A DNA stretch of 57,377 nt from Macrostomum lignano (Eukaryota), in contig NIVC01004160.1 of the NCBI GenBank assembly GCA_002269645.1, positions 1-57,377 of the forward strand. Direction: 5' to 3'. Within the stretch, counting starts at the first letter, position 1, and every line of letters starts with the position of its first letter. The notes under the pieces are model-generated. The model did no database searches. It saw only the letters and a list, made by a program, of their open reading frames with translations, and was not told where the DNA came from. A program made the translations under genes and the position numbers. Of the stretch, positions 24,301 through 36,300 are shown one piece after another.

Positions 24301-27300
24301 TTTAAAGCGACTTCCGGTCATTTGGTAAAAAAACAAACTCTTTATTAACTAGAGCCAGTCCAAGTGGACTTAACAAACGATGAGACAATCTGCGGATCAT
24401 GAGCGTTGTATAACAAATAGCTAATAAAACTCTAATCTCAGTCGTTAAATGAGTGTCGTTTTCTTACAAAAATTACTTCGGGTTCCATTCCACGTGCGGC
24501 AGACGTTAATTTAGAGCTTGTGCACGAAAAACCGTCCTAGAGCTTGTTGTGTGATTCCCGACACCCATGAGGGACAAACATCAAAGCACAGAAGGTGCAA
24601 GTGGCTGTTAGGGCTGCTGTAACACCCTGTGAGTGCGTGATCAAGACTCTTCGTATTGGGCATGACTGCTTACCTCTTTGCTTTATGTTGTTCGTCTGTC
24701 GCCTGCAAATTTAGCCAGTCAACCCTCGCCATCCACGCAGACTGCCCGAACACGATCTCGATGCCCAGCCTGCCGCCGTCGATGAACTGCACCCTCACTG
24801 CGGGCTGCATGGGCGTCGAGTGCTGCGCCATGGCCGACTTCAAGCTGCTGAAGCGGGCCTTTCACCTCTGGCTGAAGATTGACCCATGCAGTTACGATTT
24901 TAGCGTTGGCTTTGAGAAGGTTCACTTCAACACCTCGCTGCTGTCCTTTGACTGGGGAGTCAAGCACACGGAAAAAATCAGCAGCTCGCTGAAGCTCGAG
25001 TAATTATTGCAATAAGCAGCAAGAAGCTCTTTCTGCTTTTTTTTCAACTGAATTTCAAAGCACCATACATTGAACAATTCCTCAGTGAATTCCTCAGTAA
25101 ATTGGAATCTCAGCTCGGGTCTGATCCTGCAATTAACGCCCTTGAGAGCCAAACCCCAAGGCACAGTGAAGTGTACATGCTTAGCGATAAATAAAGTTAG
25201 GGCCGCTGTAAGCTCCTGTGTGAGTGTGTGCCTGTGCGTTTGACTGCGTACGTATGCGCACGCCCGCTCAGGGGAGGGCAAGTAATTCCTTTCACCGGTT
25301 GTGTGGCAATGTCGCTTAAAGTGCGCCAGGGTGCACACAGCCCTTTGCCGCTAATAAAAAAACTTCATCATTGCAGATTCGTGCTCAACAAACCTAAGGA
25401 TCTTACTAACATTGTGCTGTCAATGAAAGTGTCAATCTGCTCTGGCACGGACTGCGACATCAGTGTGCAGCTGTTTGAGAACTACACGCTGCCTGTGCCA
25501 TACTGCAATGGCAACGGTTCGCTGTCGTGGCCGCAAGGTGAGCTCAGACTCACGTAGTTTTCTAGTTTTTTTTAGATTTCTTTCTAATAGAAAGTGTTTA
25601 AAATGATTCGCATGGTTTCAAATGCATGAGCACGAAGCTTTATATTATCGAAAATACCTTGACATCTTCGAAAAGTTTTACTTGCTACTCTCACTAGACA
25701 TAAATTTTACAAGCCCCCAAATTTCTACATTGTCAAACTCGTCCAGTTCTGAGCTCGCCAACGTGACGTGTCATTCTTCTTTGCTTTCAGTTGACTGGCA
25801 GTCGGGCCTGAGCGGCATTCTGGCCACCCGCCTGGCCGTTCCGCCCAACTTCTTGCGCTCCTCTGAGTGTCCGGTGGCCGAGATGGTGCCCAGCGGTCGC
25901 TGCCCGTACTTCCGGCTGCCGGATCTGCCGGACCGCAGCATCGCCTGCAGGCCGACTGCCGAATGCACCGGCTTCCAGTGCTGCGCCACCCTCGACTTGC
26001 GCATCGTGAGGCGCGCGTTCGAATTCTGGTTTAGAGTCGATCCGTGCACCTTCACTGTCGATTTTGGATTTGAGAACTGGCACAGGAACACCAGCTTTAT
26101 AGTGTTCCCATGGGGCACCGAGCAGAATGTTCAGATTGAGAAGGCTGTTCGATTGAGGTGAGTCGGTTAACTTACTAAACTTGGGTAGCTTAAGGGCTCG
26201 GTGTGTGTTTGATCGGTTTCTTAATGTTTCTCAAGTTAAGTAGTTGGTAATTTAAATTTCATTTACGAGCGTATTTTGTTTAGCCAAGCATTCAAGAAGG
26301 TTTTATCATGTACTACTAAGTAAACATGCGACAGCTGAGATAGAATATGCGGTTAAACTACTTGAGTGTAATGAATCACTCATCATCACGCATCTGCAGC
26401 GCATTGAAGTCCAGTGCGGAAAATTCTATTTAAAAGATACATTAAAACCTGCCATAATTATTAGGCTACCATAGGCTTCCATTATTAAAAGAACGATTGA
26501 ATTATGAATCAGTAAATTACAGTAAGGTCAAAAATCAATAATAAAGTCGAATCGCTGCGTGCAAATTCGGCGTGGCTCAATTGATTTATACGAGACTAAG
26601 GCTTAAACTTTGAGTTAGGGTCAGATCACGCAACTGCAATTATTGTGACTTTTACACGTACGAGTACTTGTCTATACATGTTTCCAAGTGTTTTGATAAA
26701 GATATTTTTGGGCGCCTACCCGGTATATAGATGGCAGTGTCATTAAATTTTAACTGTTTAATCATGATTCACATTCTACCCAAACAATAACTGTCCAGAT
26801 ACACATTGAGCAAGACGCCGGACCTCATGAACTTTGTGATCTCCGGCGCGGTGCAGTTCCGACTGGACGGAGACTGGCTGCCGGAGATGCGGCTGCTCAC
26901 CGCCACCGAGGTCCCGATCCCTGGCTGCGCCCCGAACGGAACCCTGTTCTGGCCTAGCAAAGGTTTGAGCATATTGCAGGGATAGCTGTGGTGTGTGTCA
27001 ATCAGATTAGCGATAACTGCCGCATGTTACACGGGAGAAAACGGCACTGCTATCGTTCCAAACATTTATTAGAATAGTTGAAAGCAGGTGCAGTCCACAG
27101 GAGCGGTATTTGACTCACAGAGGGCGAGATAAATTCAAAGTTTAGAACTGGAGCAAGTTGGTTAAAACTGTAAACGGTTATCTGTTTATTTTGTAAATAA
27201 GAATTATCATTAATTCTGGTCATGTGAGTTAGCTGGTGCTAACAGTTCTCTTACAATGTCACAAATGTCTTACAAATGTTTCTTCTAAGTTGCATTTGCA

Positions 27301-30300
27301 TAAGTCGCAAATGATATTCGGCTTGATTTTAAATAACACCGGAAAAGAATATTTTAAAACAATGAACTACCTCGTAGTACGTGCTAGATTCAACGAATGC
27401 AGACGATAACAATTTAGTAAGATTTCTTGATACTTGTACTTGAAAATTTGTGGATAAAAAACCAAACGGTCAAAACTCTCTTACAGAGACGATTGGCCAT
27501 CAGATCAGCGGACTGCTCGTCAATCGGCTCGGAGTCTCGCCAAAGTTTCTGCGGCAGCTGCAGTGCAGCCGCAACTCTTTGGCGCCAATCGAGAGCTGCC
27601 CCTACTTTGACAAGCCACAGCTGCCTTCCCAGGCCGACTGCCAGCTGCATCACCTCTGCATGGGTCTCGTATGCTGCCTAGACCTCGACCTCGGGTTCGT
27701 TAGCCGCTCATTCTCGGCCTGGGCGTTCGTGGACCCGTGCCAGCACATTGTGAGCTTTGGTTTCGAAAACTGGGCGTTCAATCGCTCCATCCTCAACTAC
27801 CCATGGGGAGAGCAGCGGGTGGAGCACATTGGTGACAGTCTTCTGGTGAAGTACAAGCTAGACCACAAACCAGATGACAGTGCGCTTTTTCTGGATGCCG
27901 CCTTCGACTTGTGCTTGGATGGCAACTGCCTAGCAACTCCGATTACTCTTCTGAATGAAGCGAGGCTGCCCGTGCCGCTCTGCTCTGGTTCTGGCAACCT
28001 CAGCTGGCCCGAATTCAACTCTTCCGACATCCGCGACCACATGGTGGACAAGGCCAGAGAGATGCTCATGCAGCGGCTCGGACTGGAAAAAGACTTTCTC
28101 AAACAGGGTGACTGCGCCCTACCTCCAGGAAGCAGTAGTTTGGCGAACCCGCGTTGCCCGAACTTCAGGCTGACTCGCGACTTGCCCGATTCAGTCCAGT
28201 GCCAGCTTTCTGATGACTGCCTGGAGCTGAGATGCTGCGTCAAGCTCAAACTGATCACATTGGAGAAAAGCTTCAGCGCCTCGTTGCGACTTGACCCGTG
28301 TGCCATGACCTTTAGCGCTCAGTTCGAGAATTGGGCCATTACCAGGCCAGTTTTTACCGACTTCAGTAAATGGTTGAAGATCCTGATCGGCAAGGCGCTG
28401 TCCATCGATATTCAGTTTAACAGGCACCATGATGGCCAGCTGGAGCTCGCCTGGCACGTAGCCAACTGCGCAGGCCACGCCTCTTGCAACGATGAGGTTC
28501 TACCTCTGCTGAGCGATGCCAGGGTGCCAATTCCTCACTGCCTGTCGAACGGCAGCCTTGAATGGCCTAAACTCAATCCTGAGGGTGGAATCGAAAACCC
28601 GATAGACGCAGCCACCGGAGTGCTGATGAACCGGCTCGAGCTTGACCGGCAGCTGCTGAAACAGCCGCAATGCCGTCCTGAACTTTACGCTAAAAAGTGG
28701 CCGCCGCACTGCACATTCGCCGACGTGACCCTCCGCTTGAACCGAGAGCCGTACAACTGCAAGATTCATGACCAGTGCCTGGGCATCGAGTGCTGCACAG
28801 AGCTTGACTTCAAGGTGTATAGCAGACACTTTTTCTACACACAGCTGGTTGATCCGTGCACCTACTCGTTCTACATCGGATTCGAGAATTTCTTTTACAA
28901 CCAATCGCTGTTCCACTTTGACTGGGGGCAGGACAAGCTGCTTAAGATTGCCGGATCAACCGTGGAGCTCAGGTGCGCGCTCGAAATGAATTTTTTTGGT
29001 TCTTTGCTTTCACTGAACATATTTCAAACAAGCAAAACATGTCTCGCAATTTTTTTACTTTGACATTGCTCCTCTTTAAGATACAACCTGACGAGAACAC
29101 CGGATCTGCTGAACCTTATTGTGACGGCTAGACTGGCAATCTGCAAGGAGGGCTACTGCGAGCTGGCCAACACAAACTTCCTGAACCACTACCTGATGCC
29201 GATACCTCGGTGCTACAGCAATGGATCACTGTCCTGGACAGTTGGTAACTACATTTTCCATGTAACGGTTTAAACAATTTTGACAATTTATGGATTGATA
29301 TTTATAAAAATACGAGCCAACTTTTTGCAGAACGCGATCAGGTGTCGCACACAATCAAGGGTATCAGCGGTCTGGTGCTGACCAGACTCAATCTGGAGCG
29401 AGGAGTCATCAGTGACGACTCGTGTCGCCTTGGTGACGTTGAGATCCAAAGAAGTTTTTCGGCCTGTCCTCACACGATAATTCCCAGTCTGCCCGCCGGG
29501 ATGCGCTGCAAGCTGACGTCGCAGTGCACCGGAATCGACTGCTGCATGGACATAAACCTGGGAGTGGCCAGTCGCAGCTTTAAATTTTGGATTTCTGTGG
29601 ACCCCTGCAAATTTATTTACACTTTCGGATTTGAGCGTTGGGTAGTGACGCAGAGCCTCATCGGCAACTTTGGCTTGTTTGGCACGCCGTATGTGCACCA
29701 GCTGGGCAACGTTAAGATCCGCACCAAGCTGGACCGTAGCGCGGACTTCCAAAACTTTATTTTCACATTTGGTGTAACTATTTGCCAGGACGGCGGCTGC
29801 AGTAGCGAGCGTATCTTCCTAGAGAACACAGCGCTGCCCATTCCGGGCTGCAACTCCGGCGGCGGCCTCAGCTGGCCAAGCATCGGCGAACGCAGCGTTA
29901 GCGGCCTTCTGGTTAATCGACTGGGAATCGCGTCCAGTACCTCAGGCCGAGTCAGTGCAACCTGGCGTCTCCTCCACCGGACAAATGTCCTCACATGCCA
30001 CCGATCCATGGCCTTGAGAATCTGCGATGCGCCCACTCAGACGGCTGCATGGGAGTGGACTGTTGCGCCAAGCTCGATCTCGGAATCGTGAGCCGCTCAT
30101 TTTTGGTACGAGCCTTCGTTGACCCCTGCGTGATGGTGCTGTCAATCTCATTCGACAACTGGCTGTTAAATCGAACTTTGCTGAGCTTCGTGTGGGGCGT
30201 TGAACAGCGAGAACAGATTGCCAAAACTGTCCGTCTGATCTACAACCTGGACAAGTCTGCCGACGACAAAGAGTTTGTCCTCACGGCGAGGATCGAGCTC

Positions 30301-33300
30301 TGCCTTGACGATGCAGGACAGCCCTGCACAGTGGTTGGCCTACTTGACAATCAGCGGTTGCAGGTGCCTCTGTGTCACACCAACGGAACGATTGACTGTA
30401 AGTAATGGTACTTCAAGGTGATGTGTTCCTTATTACCCGACTTTCGATAATCAAGGAACAATCACTTCTAGCTCAACAGCTAGGCAACCCAGTAAGTCAA
30501 ACGAAGGTATTCAATTACCTTTAATCCGGATTTGAATTTCTTGAGTAGTTCTCGCTAGATTGTCAGTAGATCTCGTAGTCACTTGATTTTCGTTGTCTGG
30601 TCCGATTCTTCTTTCTTCTAAGTTCCGGCCGGATTCTTCGCTCAGGACCAATGAGCTCGTAGCAACAATGGGTCCCTGCGCCAAACTGCGGTCTAAATTA
30701 AGCCTCCTTCTTCTAGCAGTGCCTCTATGCACTCTAGGTATAGCTCCGGAAACCACTGATAGTCCTCTAAGATCTATCAGGGGCAGTCCTTCTGTAGACT
30801 GCAACCAATGGAGTCTAAACAGACTCAAGAGTCTCAACAGACTCAAATAGACTCAAGTCTCAATAGACTTGAGCGAGACGTCTCTAACACAACGGCGCAA
30901 ATAAGGAAGGCTTACCGCAACAACTCGACCGAGTCTCGATTGACTTGGTATATCAGGAAGTCCTCCTAAGGCTTCCTCTTCGGAGCGCTCCTCTTCCGTG
31001 GGGAGAATGGCTCCGGTACCGCTTCAGATCGCTTGTATTTATAGACAAGTTTTTGATCCAAAATAGTATCATGACAATTCACGTGTTGCGCTAAAAGGGG
31101 AAAATGGCTCATGGCGTATTATTCTGGTAACATCTTTTTCTGGTAGCGTGATTCATTCAAAGCTTAGGCGCACATGCGTGTACTTACTTACTTATAGTAG
31201 TATTATACGATTATCTTCTTTTTTCCTTTTTTAACGGGAGGTAGAACACTCTACAAAATCTCCCTTTTTTACGAAAAAACTCGTCCCGAGTTTTAACAAT
31301 AAAATTCTGTGGTGATCAGTTAATATAGGAAATAAACAATTGATTTTGTGCGCGTCTAGTGAAGCGAGGGTTTGGTCAAAACTCTAAAAACTTTTCAGTA
31401 CATATTGCGGTCAAAACTCGAATATCGCGTAGACATCAAGTGGCATCAGGTTTGATCCGACACCACTTTCGAAACGTGCAGTCTCGCGGCATACTATTAC
31501 ATAAGGGGCATCCTATAACGCCCCTACTAGCGGTTTGCTTCAAACAGTGCATGCAAATAAAATGTTGGTGGTTACAATATTGAAACGTGCGCCAAGAATA
31601 ACAATAGGCACATTGTCGCAAACTATCTCTACAGAGGGGACAATTCTGCCATGGCTGAATATAATGTGAATCGCTTAAACATTGTCCGCAAACTTTATGT
31701 TCGTTGATGCAAATAGTCGGTGGCTTGACAGCCAAGTCATCAGTTAAACATATCGGGCAGTCATATAGCTGCTGAGGCTGGGGCGCCTGTTTTGACAGTG
31801 CGTTGCCCATAATTGTCGTCAATTTGTCGCTGTCTTTGTGTCGCTCGGATTAGTCGCCTTTTACGACAAGCTTGCGAAGCTGTAGTGCTATTCTTTATCC
31901 CGGTCACTACACGGGGTTGTTCTCTAAACTCTAGCGTGGTCGTAGGTTGTAGCCATGTGGCTGGCTCACATCTGTCGTTTGAGTCTCCTCGTGCTTCGTC
32001 GCGATGTGGCGGTTCGTTGAACGCGTGCGATCAGCGTTGTCTAATGTCGGTAGAAACGTCGCGGTGTCAGTGTTGATCTTCTTTAGTCGATGAATGTGCA
32101 CGTAGAATTGATGCTGATGTGGATCTTGCACATTAGCCAGGCGTGCCGTTGTTGGTGACGTTAGTTGGACCACTCGATAGGGTCCTTTATACTTCTGTGC
32201 ATGTTTATGCGTCTGCTGCGGCGGGTAGTGTAGGTAAACGATGTCGCCGGCCGTCAGGGTTGTCGATCTCGCGTCGTTGCCGGTGGTCAGAGCCACCTGG
32301 TTGTCAATGTTGTGCTTGGCGATCTTCCATGCGAGGTGTAGTTGCGTGACGAATTTCTGAATGGAAGTCGGTACTTCCACGTACTGCGATGGTAGCAATT
32401 GCTGTGCGAGCAGATTCGGCGGTTGGAAGTCTCGTCCAAACATTAGGAAGAATGGCGTATTGTCCGTTGATCGATGAATAGCGCTGTTGTAGGCCATTGT
32501 TACAGATTGCAGGTAGATGATCCAGTCTTCCGGCTGTTGGTGCGCGAAATGTGTAATCATCTCGTGCAGGTTGCGGTGAAACCGTTCAACCATGTTTGCC
32601 TTCGGATTGTAGGTCGATGTGTAGATCTGCGTAATGTTGAGAATCCTTACGACTTGCTGAAACAGTTGCGATGTAAACTGCGATCCGTTGTCCGATGTGA
32701 GGTTCTTCGGCGTGCCGTACTTGCAAATGATTTCGTTGAAGAAACTCATTGCCACTGTCTGAGCTGTGATGTCCGGTATCGGTATGGCGATAGCAAACTT
32801 CGAGAAGATATCCAAGGCGGTTAGAATGTAGGTGTAGGCGATGCCCTGGAGACAGCTCGGTGGCAGTGGTCCGGTGATGTCGATGCTTAGACAGTCCATT
32901 GTAGTCGACTTCGGAATGGACTGTAGCTGCGGTTTCTGTCGTCGTCCTGTCTTTGATGCAGCACATGAATGGCAGTTGTTGCAATACTGCTTGATGTCGC
33001 CGTACATAGTTGGCCAAAAGTAGTATTGTTCCACTCTCGCGATGGTCTTTGCGGCCGACAGGTGTCCAGCGAGTGGGTTGTCGTGCAGCTCGTTGAGAAT
33101 TGCTTGCCGAAACGAATATGGTACGTAGATCTTGGGTTTATTGTCGCTCATCCAGTAGAGCCGTGACTTATTGATTGTTAGGTGTTGTCGTTGCTTGCGT
33201 AGGAACTTTCGTTCCATGGGGCTAAGTTTGATGTTCTTGTCGTCGTCTTTAACCGCTTGGTAGAAGTTGTCGCGCTCGGTTTCATCCACCAACTCCTTGA

Positions 33301-36300
33301 TGTTAGGGATTGGATGAATGGCGTTGACTTCATAGGCTCTTGACAGGGCGTCCGCGGCTTTGTTGGTAATTCCTGGTTTGTAGACGAGTTTGTAGTTGTA
33401 ATCCTGGATCTTGAGTGTCATCCTGATGAGTCGGTTGTTGGTCTGTCCTTTTGTAGTTACGACGTAGGTCAATGGTGCATGATCCGTGCGTACTATCGTC
33501 TGTATTGGAGAACCATAGATGTAGTAATGAAACTGTCGCAGGGCGAACAAGACTCCTAGTAGCTCTCGTTCCGTAGCTGACCACTTTGTCTCATTTGGTT
33601 TGAGTGCTCGACTGACGTAAGCAATAGGTCGTTCCTTCTTGTCCTCGGTTTCCTGTAGTAGGACTGCTCCGAGTCCCGTTCCTGAGGCGTCTGTCTCGAT
33701 GATGAAGAGCTTGTCGAAGTCCGGATGCTGTAGCAGTGCGTCTGATGTCAGCTGTCGTTTGATTTCGTCGAAACTTTCCTGTTGTCTCTGTGTCCAGTTG
33801 TCTTGCTTCCATTTGTCGAACTTGAGCAGGTCGTACAGTGGCTTTGCTGTCTTTGCGAAGTTAGGTAAGAACTTCCTGAAGTATTGCGCAAGTCCAAGGA
33901 ATGATTGGACCTTCGTTATACTGGTTGGCGTAGGAAACTTCTTCACCTTTTCCACGTTGTCTGGGTCCGGTGAGATTCCTTTGGCTGTCACCTGATGTCC
34001 CAGGTAACGCACGTTGTCTCGGAAGAATTTGCATTTAGTTGGTTGTAGCTTCAGACCTTGACGTTGTATAAGCGCGAGGGCCTTCTCCGTCGCTTCATAG
34101 AGTCGTTCGAAGTCTTCTCCGTGGGCCAAGATGTCGTCAACATAGTGCAACAGGTTCGTGCATCCTGCAGCATGTATGCTGTTAGTCGGCTCATCGTTGC
34201 TGGGCTGTTGCTGAGTCCCATCGGCGATCGATTGTACTCGTATACTTGTCCATTGTAGGTTTTGAAAGCCGTGTACTGTCGTGACTCTTTCTCGATTTCA
34301 ATTTGCCAAAATCCATGACGTAGGTCGAACACCGTGAACAATTTTGCCGTGTTGAGCTTTGCTAGTAGTTCGGAGATCTTCGGTAGGCTTTGCTGATCCG
34401 TCGGTATGTACTTGTTCAACAGTCTGAAGTCGCATACGAGTCGTCTTTCGTTTGTCTCCTTCTTCTGTACCAGTAGGCACGGTGAGGAGTAAGCCGAAAT
34501 AGCTTTGCTGATGATGCCGTGCTTTAGCATTTTATCGATGATTTCGTCAAAGTGTTGTTGCAGATGCTTGGCGATCGGGTACGGCTTGCACTGAATTGGT
34601 TCCGTGTGCGGCAGAAGTTTGATTTCCTGTTTGATGTCCTTGGCTCGTCCGATGTCGTAATTATGATGGCAGAAGGCTTCGTTGTACTTCCACAACAGCT
34701 GTCGAACTTTCCTCTTTTGCTGTTCCGTAATCGGGCTGTCATCCAAATTGATCTTCTTTTGAAATTCTTCCTCTGTTAGTCGTGGAGTCGCTTGTTCAAT
34801 CAGCATAACCGATGCTTGGGTGTTGAGATGACCGATGCACATTCCTTGTCGTAGATGAACCGTTTCTGTGTTCGGGTTGCAGATTTGTACTGGCAGTTGC
34901 TTATCCTTTGCAACCAGCACTAGTGCCGTAGGCATCATGATTTGATGTTTTGCCGTGACTCTCCTGTGTGGATCAAATATCATTGCTTCATCTGCCGCGC
35001 TGGTCGTTTTCGCTCTGACCCAGCATGCGCTTTCAGGCTGGATAATGACATCTTGCTGCAGAGTTACTTTCGGTAGTACTCGAATCTGGTTGATCAGCGG
35101 TTGCTCCACCGTGTCGATCCTAAACGTTTGCTTGTTGAAGTCGAAGGTCAATGGTAGTTGAAGCTGCTTGAACGTGTCGATTCCAACGATGACGTCTTGG
35201 TTTGGTAGTCTGTCGATGATGTACGTCGGGACCGTCAGCTGTTTATTAGCAATTTTCAAGTCGATATCTGCTTTTCCTAGGATGTTGAGTGAATGTCCTC
35301 CTGCTCCTGCAACTGCGATTGCTGCTGGTCGTACCGCGAGTCGTAGCTTGTTGCATAATTGTTGCGAGATGACTGTGATCGAGCTGCCTGAATCCAGTAG
35401 TGCTCGACATGGCAAGTTGTTGACAATGACCTGAGCCATTGCTTTGCCAATCTCGGCGTGTAGCGTACAGACGTAGTTTTCCGGCCATTTTGGCTCGTGC
35501 TGTTCTGCTTGATAGTTGGGTGGTTGTATCCTTGGTGCCGTTGGTGTTGTCGGAATCGATGGATATAGCCGCGTTGCTAGTGTCGGTTGCCCTTGAACCT
35601 CACAATGTGCAGTTTCTGTTAGTTCTAAACTGTTGTCGCTTCCCGTTGTCGTTCTTTGCATTATGGCATTCACTGTCTTCTTAGCTCTTGGACAAGTTTG
35701 ACTGAAGCACCGTACGATCGATGAAATGATGAAGATTGCCGTGACAATCCACACAATGCAAGCACCGTAGAAGATGAATCCTTGATAGAGACTGCCTCTT
35801 CCATTGAGCAGCTCCCAGAAGCTATTTGTCCAAAATGATTTGATGGCGCTGTCCATTGAAACAAGGACGGGAAATCTTCCTGTCCCGGTTCCTTTGTCCT
35901 TTCTTGTGAACAGCTGGTGAATCATCTTGCGTTGGGTGATGAACGCTTGCAAGAAGTCGTTGATCGTCCATCCTGGTGTTATCTCGTCAAGTTGGATATC
36001 GGCGAATGGCGTATACTTCGTTCTGTTGAATCGGATTTTCAAATCCTCCATGTCGTAGTTTTCGTCGACGATTACTTCCGGTTCTGTGACGTTTGCTGTC
36101 GTTCCAGTTGTTTTGATGACGTGTAGTGCATTGTCCAGTTGATAGTAGTTTGCTGCCGTGGTGCAAGGTCTCGGTATTGCGGTGCCAACGATGATGTTGT
36201 GTACCGTGTCCAAGAATCCCTGAATTCGTTTTCCTTCGTAGAACGCTTCAATCCTTGGCTTGTCGTAGCAGGTTGTTGACGTGTTCGACGGCAAGATGTT

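Noticed and set aside
30511-30846. 111-aa ORF inside the 3' LTR (61 aa in the 5' LTR)
   Set aside because: Starts at TTG just after an in-frame stop, is not conserved between the two LTRs, and has no recognisable motif.
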